A DNA stretch of 41,614 bases from Thermodesulfobacteriota bacterium (GCA_040880385.1 JBBDIN010000048.1:1-41614); one strand, 5' to 3'; positions 1 through 8,383 are shown, counted from the first letter of the stretch. Made by a program: numbers and translations. Notes: generated from the sequence alone by a model not told the origin.

Positions 1-224
1 CAAAAAAGCAGCATGGGCCTATATATCTCTTTACAGCAACTTTGGATTTCACTCAAATTGTATTGCTTGAAAGAAACCCCGGCCTCACAGCCGTATCCCC
101 AACATGGACTGTTCTAACGACGGGTGGAGCACTACCTGAAGATTTACAAACAAATGTTCAAGCAGCTCTTGATCCAATGCTGGACAGTTTTATTACCGAT
201 TATAGAAAAGCCAATCCGAAATAG
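1..224 (+). CDS. 3' end of a CDS entering from the left window edge (hypothetical protein)
   Basis: Frame 3 is open from nt 3 to the TAG at 222-224, so track ORF 42..224 is only the tail of a longer gene. No motif recognised. Confidence 0.4.
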   Translation, partial: KKQHGPIYLFTATLDFTQIVLLERNPGLTAVSPTWTVLTTGGALPEDLQTNVQAALDPMLDSFITDYRKANPK

Positions 225-277
225 CTGTTACTAATATAATTTCTCAAATTTTTTATGTTAATTGAGTCCAATAAAAA

Positions 278-307
278 GAGGGGTAAGCCGTTACCGATTT
301 ACCCCTC
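278..307 (-). terminator. Hairpin GAGGGGTAA-N12-TTACCCCTC; the T-run is on the minus strand only
   Basis: Perfect 9-bp stem (278-286 / 299-307). The plus strand has AAAAA before the stem, which reads as TTTTT after the stem on the minus strand. It could stop minus-strand read-through from the recombinase side, or act bidirectionally for the 1..224 gene. Confidence 0.45.
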
Positions 308-460
308 TAAGAGCACACTGTTATACATAGTACAACAACTGTATGTATTTCTTATTATTAGATAATATAAATCAAAAAAGTGATTTGGCAAGTAGTTTTT
401 TTATAAAACTGAAAAATTGTAAGTAAAAGCAAATCCGGCTTTTTATACTAATTGTAAGAT

Positions 461-547
461 AATTGTCATTAACATCACCTTAATTTAAATCTAATATCGC
501 ATTAAAATATTAAGGGATATCTTCTTTGTATACCCTATCAACTCCGT
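461..547. repeat. Left copy of long imperfect inverted repeat (IR-L)
   Basis: The reverse complement of 461-547 aligns with 26432-26518. There is an exact 18-mer (530-547 vs 26432-26449) and an exact 16-mer (479-494 vs 26485-26500). About 67 positions are identical over ~90 aligned columns. Confidence 0.9.
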
Positions 548-556
548 GCTTTTAGG

Positions 557-591
557 GGGCAACTCGATCTCAATCGGCTTGCCCTTTTTTT
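557..591 (+). terminator. Intrinsic terminator-like hairpin GGGCAA-N16-TTGCCC followed by T7
   Basis: 6-bp GC-rich stem (557-562 / 579-584) followed by TTTTTTT (585-591) on the plus strand, 9 nt after IR-L. Confidence 0.5.
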
Positions 592-657
592 ATTTAATAT
601 TTATCCTCAATGAAATTCTTGCTATTTTATGTTAGACCGTAAAAGGCAGATTTAGAT

Positions 658-2511
658 TTATTTCATGTCTATTGTGTCTGCTGTAATATTCAGAAATATA
701 GCTCTCAATTTATATGAACCTCTAAACTTAATTCTTATCCTATCAATACTTTTGCTTTTAACTATTCTGATTCTTCCTGGTTCTATTTCTTCATTATTTT
801 GGTATTTGTCCAGTTTTGTATGAATTTTTATCCATTCAATCATATTTTTGATTTCCTGCCTTAGCTGAAATCTTCGATGTATACGTTCTTGATCATCTTT
901 AGCAGATTTTAGAAATGAATATGCTTCTTTTATACTATCTTTCTGTTTGCTCAACTTTAGACGCTTTTCGGCTAAATTTTTGATTTCTTGTTCAAGTTTT
1001 TTATTTTTGGCTATTAACTTCTCTGAAGCGTCATGTTTCTCAGTAACTTTTTTTTCATATACTATTTTATTCTTTTCATCGTCTATACGACTAATTGTTT
1101 CTAACAAATTATCTATCTGAGAATCTAGATCACTCAATTTTAACATGTTTGCTGACATTTTATTTTCTTTTTCTTTTTTAAGTTTGGTAGTTGCATCCTC
1201 GTTTGGCAAAAATTTGTTAACATCCAGTTCTTCAAAGTTTTCAAAGAATATCTTCTCAAATTCGTTATAAGGTACGTGTCTAGCGTTACAAACCTTTAAT
1301 TCTGTATGGACTTCTATCTTTGGTATTTTATGTGTCTTTCGTGTTATATCACGAATCATCTTGGCACCTACTATTGCTTCAATTTGTTCAGGATCTTGTT
1401 CTATAGGAATTTGGACTTTATTTTTTCTCTTTGCACTATCACAAACAAGATATTGCCAAACGTCTTTGCCAGTATGAAGGTAGACCATTGAACTTCCACA
1501 TATTCCGCACTTAACAATATTTGTAAATAAGTTCTTGGCTTTATCTGTATTACCTCCTCCTGCATTGCCGGGGAATTTGCTGTTTTGTTCAATGATTTCT
1601 TGTACCCTATAAAATGTTCCTTCATCTATTATTTTCGGGTAGTAATTTTTTATAGGATCACCTACGGGTACTCGTTTTGATTTATAGACCTCTTCTCCTT
1701 CTTCTTTATTGGGTATTTCATGAGGTTGGAATTCGCCAATTACACTTCTGCTTCGAAGTATTTTATTTATGTATGCCTCACGCCAACCACCGGACTTATT
1801 ACGACCTTTAATAGGTGGTTTCCATACATTAGGCTCTAGGTTTAATTCTTTTTCGATTTTATAACTTCCTTTCCCTTCGAGTCTTTTCTTAAAAATTAAC
1901 TTTATTACGTCACATACTTCAGGTATCGGAACAAATTCTTCTTTCTTATCTGACCATTTCACCCATAGCGGACATCTTGTACTAAATCTCTTTATTTCAT
2001 TATTGCTTAACTTCCTCCTTTTCTCTTTTGTTGCTTCTCTCACTCGAATAGATTTCTTGCGAGATTCATCATGTGCAGCAGACATCAATATAATGCTGAT
2101 TAGAAGCTCTGTTGGATTTTTATCTATAATATCCTTATCGTATTGCCTTTTATCTTGTAATGTTACTATCTTGATTCCTTCTTTTATTAAGTTCAAAAAC
2201 GATGTTAGAGCGTCACTCACTTTTTCACGAGATAGCCGGTCAAGATGCTCTACAATCAAGACAGAACCTTTAGGTATCTCTCTTTTATCAACTAGTTCAA
2301 TGAATTTATTAAGTGCACCATCAATTCTATTAATGCCTTTATACCCTGATATACCTAAATCTTTGAACTTTTGACTTTCATCAAGTTTTAATCCAAGCTC
2401 CTTAGCAGCATATTCCTCCGCTTCCATCTCTTGGCGTCTGAGAGAATCCCCTTTCTCTTGCTCAGGAGTTGAAAAACGTATGTAACTGTATGCTTTTGGC
2501 TTGTTATCCAT
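658..2511 (-). CDS. Large serine recombinase (resolvase/invertase catalytic domain, recombinase domain, zinc ribbon, coiled coil)
   Basis: N-terminal AYSYIRFSTPEQEKGDSLRRQ carries the catalytic-serine motif (S14). Cys clusters CGICGSS...LVCDS...VCNARH fit a zinc ribbon. The C-terminal part is a long K/E-rich coiled coil. 617 aa is typical of the family. Confidence 0.9.
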   Translation of the reverse strand: MDNKPKAYSYIRFSTPEQEKGDSLRRQEMEAEEYAAKELGLKLDESQKFKDLGISGYKGINRIDGALNKFIELVDKREIPKGSVLIVEHLDRLSREKVSDALTSFLNLIKEGIKIVTLQDKRQYDKDIIDKNPTELLISIILMSAAHDESRKKSIRVREATKEKRRKLSNNEIKRFSTRCPLWVKWSDKKEEFVPIPEVCDVIKLIFKKRLEGKGSYKIEKELNLEPNVWKPPIKGRNKSGGWREAYINKILRSRSVIGEFQPHEIPNKEEGEEVYKSKRVPVGDPIKNYYPKIIDEGTFYRVQEIIEQNSKFPGNAGGGNTDKAKNLFTNIVKCGICGSSMVYLHTGKDVWQYLVCDSAKRKNKVQIPIEQDPEQIEAIVGAKMIRDITRKTHKIPKIEVHTELKVCNARHVPYNEFEKIFFENFEELDVNKFLPNEDATTKLKKEKENKMSANMLKLSDLDSQIDNLLETISRIDDEKNKIVYEKKVTEKHDASEKLIAKNKKLEQEIKNLAEKRLKLSKQKDSIKEAYSFLKSAKDDQERIHRRFQLRQEIKNMIEWIKIHTKLDKYQNNEEIEPGRIRIVKSKSIDRIRIKFRGSYKLRAIFLNITADTIDMK

Positions 2512-2719
2512 CGGTTTGAAGAGTTACCAGATAATAATATGTTTGTAATATTTATTTTAACCGTCGAATATTGTACGATCTCTTATAAATATATACAAAG
2601 GTATTTGTTTTATGTATCAACGCTTTAAACAACTATATTTTGACATATTGTACATTATTCAAGCTATTTATTCCTTTTTTAAGTTATCTAGAAATAAAGA
2701 TAAGAAAGAGAAAGAAAAA

Positions 2720-3412
2720 ATGACGAATTATCATGATGAGATTGATAATATTAAACTAATAAGAAATGGACTAATGCACCTAGAATGTGAATTGCTTCAA
2801 GATGATCCTAGCTGGCACAGAATAGCGAGAGAAGCACATCTAGTACTATACCGTTCTATGATAGAGGCTTTGAGAAGTACAGACAACATTGCGATTACGG
2901 GCAAGAAATCTAAAAATCGAGTGCATGTATATAAAATAGGTGTTAAACCATGGAAAAAGATTGAGAAGATTTCAGTTGATGGTTGTGAGAATGCATGGAA
3001 GTTTTCAATTCCAGAGTCTTTTGAACCAGAAAACGATACACATACAACTGAATCACTATCAGATGACCGGCTTATGGATGATTTTTTGGTACCATTTTAT
3101 GACGCGTTAGCCATGATACAAGCAGAAAATTTTATGGAGACATTGGTTCACAGTAAGAAAGTTGCTGTATCAGATGAAGATATGCAAAAACTTGAGTTGC
3201 TACACGAATCAGTAAGAAACCCATATGAACATTTCGTTCCATGTACGCGTTTAACCCCTAAAAGACTTCTTTGTTCAGTTGCGAAACTTTGTATATCTCT
3301 TTCTAGAGAGTTGCTATTTGAATCAGGTAATGTTCATTTTTATATTGAAACCGAAAAAGAAGACATTGCTAATTTTATCAATCAAATCAGTAGTAAGCTT
3401 GAATGTAATTAA
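2720..3412 (+). CDS. Hypothetical protein with two RNxxxH motifs (HEPN-like candidate)
   Basis: ORF 2612..3412. The ATG at 2720 is preceded by a purine-rich AAGAAAGAGAAAGAAAAA tract. Motifs are IRNGLMH (nt 2762-2779) and VRNPYEH (nt 3215-3232). The gene is divergent from the recombinase gene. Confidence 0.6.
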   Translation: MTNYHDEIDNIKLIRNGLMHLECELLQDDPSWHRIAREAHLVLYRSMIEALRSTDNIAITGKKSKNRVHVYKIGVKPWKKIEKISVDGCENAWKFSIPESFEPENDTHTTESLSDDRLMDDFLVPFYDALAMIQAENFMETLVHSKKVAVSDEDMQKLELLHESVRNPYEHFVPCTRLTPKRLLCSVAKLCISLSRELLFESGNVHFYIETEKEDIANFINQISSKLECN

Positions 3413-3486
3413 TAGAGTAGAACCACTCTTTAAATAACTAATGCTTCAGTCTACCTGTCTATATTGTTCTAATATCTTATTGGCAG

Positions 3487-3678
3487 TTACTTCCCCACAT
3501 TGATACTGGAGAGCTGACCGAGAACTCCAAAAACGCTCAGGAGCCACAAGATAACGGCAATGACCACGACGGCATTCAATATCGTCTTGATGGAACCCGC
3601 CATCGGGATGAAATTGTTGATGAGCCAGAGAAGAACACCAACTACGATAAGGACCACAACGACATGAATTAAAGGCAT
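3487..3678 (-). CDS. Small two-TM membrane protein (resembles the Thivi_2564-type small membrane protein family, from memory)
   Basis: A strong RBS (AAAAAGGAGGT) lies 6 nt before the ATG. The 63 aa product has two hydrophobic helices (VVVVLIVVGVLLWLI / VVVIAVILWLLSVFGVL). It looks GC-richer than its surroundings by eye. Confidence 0.7.
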   Translation of the reverse strand: MPLIHVVVVLIVVGVLLWLINNFIPMAGSIKTILNAVVVIAVILWLLSVFGVLGQLSSINVGK

Positions 3679-3976
3679 GATGTTACCTCCTTTTTAATTT
3701 GTTACGGGCGTCTCCTCTCATTTTGTTTCGTTAACTAAAAGCTATGATATAATACGCCCTCTTCCTAATCATTTTACACTCTTTTTGATGTTACCGCTAT
3801 ATGACTAACTATTCCTTATCAAATTTAAGCTCTCTTGCGCTCCCAATAATTCCAAAACCTTGCCTTACTTTTCCTCGACATTCTTTCTGTTTAACTCCTC
3901 TGGTAAACCGCTATCGCTTCCGCGTTTTATCATTCCTGCATGGCGGAGGGGGAAATCAGGTTCAGATTGAGAATCA

Positions 3977-4240
3977 TCAGAGTCGTATATAGCTTTTTAT
4001 CATATCCTCAAGCGAATCTGTAATTCGTTCCAGCTTTGTGCGAGCAAATCGATTTCCCAGATTTCTATGATATACATACCCGACCATAATATCTTGCGTG
4101 ATCTCACCATAGAATATCGTAATATGATTTGTTTCTTCACCTAACGATACAGTAATTGATTTTCTATGCTTTGGAGTCTGTCGCGGAGAAGAGGTATTAC
4201 TTCCAGCAGGTCTGCTCCGGCTCATAACCGGACCGATCAT
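3977..4240 (-). CDS. Doubtful 87-codon ORF; the C-terminal half is faintly RelE/ParE-like
   Basis: The N-terminus is low-complexity (SRSRPAGSNTSSPRQTPKHRK). The C-terminal ITIFYGEITQDIMVGYVYHRN resembles the strand-plus-HR core of RelE/ParE toxins. No clear RBS. Confidence 0.25.
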   Translation of the reverse strand: MIGPVMSRSRPAGSNTSSPRQTPKHRKSITVSLGEETNHITIFYGEITQDIMVGYVYHRNLGNRFARTKLERITDSLEDMIKSYIRL

Positions 4241-4467
4241 CGCTTTTTCCGCGGAATAACCGTCCCTAGACTATTCATATACAAGATTGTTTAATATTGT
4301 GTCAATTTTAGTTGAGAATATTTGCTCTATGCTGTCGCTCATTATTTATTCCCTTGTGTCTCCCCCGGTGGTCTCATTTAGAAACCGGCTCCCTTTATCC
4401 TCCGATCACTAAACTATTTATAGTTAACATATGCCATCCTCAGAGTAGAAAGCCGGGGCTAGAATCT

Positions 4468-4695
4468 TTAGTCCCGGGGATCATCGTGATTCTCAACGTA
4501 CTCGAATAAGTCCCCCACTTGCAAATTTAGAGTCTTACATAACTTCACCATGGTTGATTGATCGATTCCTTTCCAATTCTCATGGTAATACTTGTTTATC
4601 GTGTAAGTAGAAAGCCCACTGATCCTGGCAAGCTCAACTTGAGGTATCCGTCTCTCACCAAGGATTCTTGATAAATAGCACTTAATTTTACCCAT
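4468..4695 (-). CDS. XRE/Cro-type helix-turn-helix transcriptional regulator (HTH_26-like)
   Basis: RIPQVELARISGLSTYTINKYY is a classic helix-turn-helix, and the C-terminal LCKTLNLQVGDLFEY is typical of short XRE regulators. A hairpin CCGGGGCTA/TAGTCCCGG (4454-4478) overlaps the stop codon. Confidence 0.85.
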   Translation of the reverse strand: MGKIKCYLSRILGERRIPQVELARISGLSTYTINKYYHENWKGIDQSTMVKLCKTLNLQVGDLFEYVENHDDPRD

Positions 4696-4857
4696 AATCC
4701 ACTATCTCCTCTTTAAACTTAGCTATTTTAATACAAAATATATGTACATTAAATAGAAATGTCAAATAACGAGCAATATTTATTAGAAGTCCTATTGACA
4801 GAATATTTTATAGGTGCTAGTATATCTATTAAAGTACAATAAATTATGGAGACAGAT

Positions 4858-4965
4858 ATGACACTTATGGCTTGTATTATATTGGGTTTGGTGGCTGGTA
4901 TCATTGCCAGTAAGATATTCAACAGAACCGGTGAAGGATTAATGTTTGATATTCTTTTAGGATTG
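4858..4965 (+). pseudogene. 5' fragment of a GlsB/YeaQ/YmgE (transglycosylase-associated) stress membrane protein gene, fused in frame to the next gene
   Basis: MACIILGLVAGIIASKIFNRTGEGLMFDILLGL matches the first ~35 residues of this ~80 aa family, and similarity then stops. GGAGA lies 5 nt before the ATG at 4858. The end coordinate is approximate. Confidence 0.5.
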
Positions 4966-5040
4966 TCGGCGCAAGGAGTTCCAATGGAAAGTAAAGTAAC
5001 CAAGTGTTATGAGGTAAGAGAGGGTTTAACTAAATTCAAG

Positions 5041-5913
5041 ATGTTGAATCATATGGTGGTGGCGATTGTAATCAGCATGGTGTTGCTGGTGGGAACAAGC
5101 TTACCGTCCAACGCACAGCAGCAAGAAACTCAGCAAAAACAGGTCGAGCAGCAGCTTGATGAGGAACAGCAGGTTCAGCAGAAAGAAGCTCAGAAGCAGA
5201 TCAAGCAGGAAAAAAAGGCTGAACAAAGGCAGCAGAAACAGGCCGAGCAAAAGCAGGTCAAGCAACAAAAGGCTGAACAAAAGCAGCAAAGGGTAGAACA
5301 GCGACGTCTGTCACAGGAGCAACAGCAGAAGCTTATTAATCATCAGAAAGAGCTTCAGGCGCAGTATCGTAATGAACTGCAACAGCAGCAACGTCTCGAG
5401 GAACAGCGTATAGCACTGCTACAGAAACAAAAGCGTATGGCACAGTATCGTTTTCAGCAACAGTATTCAGAAGACATGCGTCAGCAGCAGAAACGTTTCC
5501 AGAATGAGCAGAACTACAATTACAATAATGATCCCTACTTCTACACGGCTCCGAATTATCGTTACTCTCGTAACGGCAGATACTACGAAACGAATCAATA
5601 CGGTGCAGATCTGCTCAAGCAGGCTGTAAATTACGGCTATGCGCATGGATCCCGCGCCGGACAGGCGGATCGGGAGGATGGCTGGGGCTACAACTATAAA
5701 GGCTCTTATGCTTATCAGGATGCAAACTACGGATATAATGGTATGTACATGGACCAGAACGAGTACAACCACTACTTCCGCGAAGGATTCAGGCGCGGCT
5801 ATGAAGATAGCTTCAATAGCCGCTATCAATATGGTAGCAACTCTGGAGGCAACTATTCTATTCTTGGGACCATTATGTCGCAGATCCTCAATTTCCAGTC
5901 GCTTGTCAATTGA
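5041..5913 (+). CDS. Secreted Q/E/K-rich coiled-coil protein with a Tyr/Gly/Asn-rich C-terminal domain
   Basis: Signal-peptide-like MLNHMVVAIVISMVLLVGTSLPSNAQ is followed by ~140 aa of QQKQ/EQK low complexity, then NYGY/GWGYNY/RRGYEDSF-type aromatic-Gly repeats. The start within ORF 4846..5913 is uncertain. Confidence 0.6.
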   Translation: MLNHMVVAIVISMVLLVGTSLPSNAQQQETQQKQVEQQLDEEQQVQQKEAQKQIKQEKKAEQRQQKQAEQKQVKQQKAEQKQQRVEQRRLSQEQQQKLINHQKELQAQYRNELQQQQRLEEQRIALLQKQKRMAQYRFQQQYSEDMRQQQKRFQNEQNYNYNNDPYFYTAPNYRYSRNGRYYETNQYGADLLKQAVNYGYAHGSRAGQADREDGWGYNYKGSYAYQDANYGYNGMYMDQNEYNHYFREGFRRGYEDSFNSRYQYGSNSGGNYSILGTIMSQILNFQSLVN

Positions 5914-6013
5914 AGTATAGGCACCGGGAATGTGGATAATTTGCCAGCTTTTGGCTTCTGAATATATTAGGAATAGTAGCGATAATAAGATAGATATTAT
6001 AGGAGGTAAGTCA

Positions 6014-6163
6014 ATGAGATCATTTAAAATATCTTGGAGGAGTCTTAGAGTATTATTGATGTTAGTGGGCATAACTTTTCTATTCAACCTCCCTGGTCTG
6101 GTGAGTTGTCATAGTTCTGTAGGTACAACTGCTAAAGGTGAATACAGTTGGATAAATAGTTAA
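6014..6163 (+). CDS. Small putative lipoprotein (49 aa)
   Basis: AGGAGG (6001-6006) lies 7 nt before the ATG at 6014. MRSFKISWRSLRVLLMLVGITFLFNLPGLVSC has a lipobox-like LVSC. Confidence 0.45.
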   Translation: MRSFKISWRSLRVLLMLVGITFLFNLPGLVSCHSSVGTTAKGEYSWINS

Positions 6164-6288
6164 CAGAAAGTCGGGTTGGATTGGCTAAGAGTTCAAACTA
6201 AATTTATGAACAACTGGTAACAATCATTCTTTGGAAGAAGAAAAAAACATTTTAATAATTCATGATGAGGATAAAAAGGAAAATTCTC

Positions 6289-6603
6289 ATGAAAAAAGTA
6301 ACCGGAAATTTAAGTCTCATTATATGTATCGTACTTACGGTTGCGTTGATGAGCTGTGCAGGTAGCCGTACCAGAGAGAGTTCAGGGGAGTATGTGGACG
6401 ATAGTGCTATCACCACAAAAGTTAAGTACGCGCTTTTGGCTGATCCGGACGTAAAAAGTCTTGATATAAGTGTGGAAACCTTCAAAGGGGTAGTTCAGCT
6501 AAGTGGTTTTGTCAACGATAAAGAACAAGCCCGTAAGGCAGTTGAGATTACACGTAGCGTCGACGGTGTTAAGTCAGTAACAAACAGTCTTATTGTGAAA
6601 TAG
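6289..6603 (+). CDS. BON-domain lipoprotein (OsmY-like)
   Basis: Lipobox LMSCAG. DDSAITTKVKYALLADPDVKSLDISVETFKGVVQLSGFV...ARKAVEITRSVDGVKSVTNSLIV is a canonical BON domain. Confidence 0.85.
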   Translation: MKKVTGNLSLIICIVLTVALMSCAGSRTRESSGEYVDDSAITTKVKYALLADPDVKSLDISVETFKGVVQLSGFVNDKEQARKAVEITRSVDGVKSVTNSLIVK

Positions 6604-6668
6604 GCCAAGAGATCTTATAGCAACACTGAATCTGATCCTGTAGCTCAATAAAACGGAGGTGATAAATA

Positions 6669-6866
6669 ATGAATTGGGATCAAATAGAAGGAAGTTGGAA
6701 ACAGCTAAAAGGTAAAGCCAAAGAGAAATGGGGAAAACTTACTGACGACGACATGGATGTTATAGAAGGTAAGCGTGATCAACTAGTTGGTAAGCTACAG
6801 GAAAAATACGGCTATACAAAAGAAAAAGCAGAAAAATTAGCAGATGAATGGTCTAAGGATGTTTAA
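6669..6866 (+). CDS. CsbD-family general stress protein
   Basis: [52 protein letters not shown] is the CsbD signature. A GGAGGTG RBS is present. Confidence 0.9.
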   Translation: MNWDQIEGSWKQLKGKAKEKWGKLTDDDMDVIEGKRDQLVGKLQEKYGYTKEKAEKLADEWSKDV

Positions 6867-6903
6867 TCTTGTTTGACGGCCTAATAAGCCATACCTATTT
6901 ATG

Positions 6904-6950
6904 CCCTTTCTTACACAGATTGAAAGATCGTAGGAAAGGGTCTAATTTTT
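6904..6950 (+). terminator. Terminator-like hairpin after the CsbD gene
   Basis: CCCTTTCTTAC (6904-6914) pairs with GTAGGAAAGGG (6930-6940), an 11-bp stem with one G-T pair, followed by TCTAATTTTT. Confidence 0.5.
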
Positions 6951-7025
6951 ATTGAGGGCAGGTGTTTAGATCTGAGTAGTTTTAATAGTGTTTTTTAAAA
7001 TCAAATTTATTAAAGGAGTTAGCAT

Positions 7026-8348
7026 ATGTATAAATTTTTGGTATTAATAGCTATGTTTAGCGTTTTCTTTGTTGCAGGTTGCGATGAAACTCAGGACGCG
7101 TTTGTTGACGATATTTTAGATCCAGAGATGAGCAAATATGTTGCTATTGGTGACAGCTTAACTGCAGGTGTCCAGTCAGACGGAATAGTCAGGGATTTTC
7201 AAAAAAATAGCTTCCCAGCTCTCATTGCAAAGCAAATGGGTATTGATAATTTTGAGCAGCCTATTGTAGACTCTCCTGGAATTGGTTTTGAACCCGGCAA
7301 AACTCCTATAATGTTCATGAACGGTGAGATATTCCGCAATGATCTCGATGTTGATGAATTTGATCTTCTCTCAAACTTTTTTCTCACACGACCCTATGAT
7401 AACCTAGGGCTTCCCGGTGCAGAGATTGTAGATGTCGCTTCTACAACAATGCTTTTATTTGAGGTAGTACTAAGAGGCTTAGGTACACAATTGGAGCAAG
7501 CAATAAGCCTTGATCCTGAATTGATTACATTGTGGATAGGAGGCAACGATGTGCTTGGATCTGCTAAAGCCGGAGGAGATTTTTCTAAAATAAGCTCAAC
7601 AGAAAATTTTGAATCTGAATACAGAGATATTTTAATGCAGCTTAGCAATAAAACAGATGCTATGATAGTTACTGCAAACCTACCCAATGTTGCGGATATT
7701 TCATTTGTAATTTTCTTAGACAGAGTATTTAGAACTGTCCCAGAGTTGGAAATCATGACACCAGTACCCGTAATCTTTGACGAAGATTTTAACCCTATAG
7801 ATTTCGGTGACGGCCTTTTTATCCCTATTCTTACTCAGGAAGATAATGTTGAGCATCTAACACAGGCAGCCCTCAATAGTTACAGAAATGGGACAGGGAT
7901 ACCCGATGAAGCTGCATTAATGGATATGGGATTTACAATGATGGAAGCAAGTGATATTGTAGTGAAAATGGAGATGTTTGGTCTGAGCCCTAGTGGTACT
8001 GAGCTGGCAGGTGATTTAACTCTTACCTTTGATGAAGGTGACGTGATTCAAGAGGCCGTTGAAAGTTTTAATTCAGTTATTTCCAATGTAGCAGGTGAAT
8101 TTGGTGTGCCCGTTGTAAATATTAACGAAGCTTTGATGAGATTAAATAGTGAAGGCATTGATGGATTTACAAGCGATTTCGTTTTAATTGACCCAGTAAA
8201 TACCGCCTACAGTTTAGACGGCATTCACCCCAATGACGCTGGATACGGTATTATAGCTAATCTATTCATAGAGAAAATTAACGAAGCTTTTGATATGAAT
8301 ATTCCACTTATTGATACAGAGCAATTTAGAGGTCAGTACTCAAACTAA
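7026..8348 (+). CDS. SGNH/GDSL-family hydrolase lipoprotein
   Basis: Lipobox FFVAGC. Block I YVAIGDSLTAG, block III WIGGNDV and block V DGIHPNDAGY are present. Confidence 0.85.
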   Translation: MYKFLVLIAMFSVFFVAGCDETQDAFVDDILDPEMSKYVAIGDSLTAGVQSDGIVRDFQKNSFPALIAKQMGIDNFEQPIVDSPGIGFEPGKTPIMFMNGEIFRNDLDVDEFDLLSNFFLTRPYDNLGLPGAEIVDVASTTMLLFEVVLRGLGTQLEQAISLDPELITLWIGGNDVLGSAKAGGDFSKISSTENFESEYRDILMQLSNKTDAMIVTANLPNVADISFVIFLDRVFRTVPELEIMTPVPVIFDEDFNPIDFGDGLFIPILTQEDNVEHLTQAALNSYRNGTGIPDEAALMDMGFTMMEASDIVVKMEMFGLSPSGTELAGDLTLTFDEGDVIQEAVESFNSVISNVAGEFGVPVVNINEALMRLNSEGIDGFTSDFVLIDPVNTAYSLDGIHPNDAGYGIIANLFIEKINEAFDMNIPLIDTEQFRGQYSN

Positions 8349-8383
8349 GTTTTATTAAAGAAATAGCAAAGGAGGTATTTAAT

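Noticed and set aside
325-336. 12-mer ACATAGTACAAC (325-336) that recurs inverted at 26412-26423, with a similar TTCTT..ATTATT..ATAATA tail: a possible extra att-related repeat
   Set aside because: It is short and AT-rich, and I estimate a chance match at the percent level. It is not collinear with the main inverted repeat: its coordinate sum is 26748, against 26979 for the main repeat. It may be worth a look only if the island boundaries are studied experimentally.
4271-4342. A third in-frame TAG linking a 23-codon ORF (ATG at 4342) to the 87-codon ORF
   Set aside because: A 24-codon open stretch upstream of a stop is not unusual by chance, and neither part has recognisable homology. It is mentioned under the 3679-4467 finding but is not counted as evidence for recoding.
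3801-4509. Plus-strand ORFs 3801..3992 and 4312..4509
   Set aside because: No RBS and no motifs. One overlaps the 3' end of the XRE gene (including its terminator hairpin) and the other overlaps the start of ORF 3977..4240. Both are probably non-coding.
5101-6087. Antisense and off-frame ORFs (5101..5289 -, 5467..6087 -, 5639..5920 +) overlapping the Q-rich gene
   Set aside because: Their Leu/Ile/Val-rich low-complexity translations are the mirror of the CAG/AAG-rich coding strand. They have no RBS and no motifs. They are shadow ORFs.
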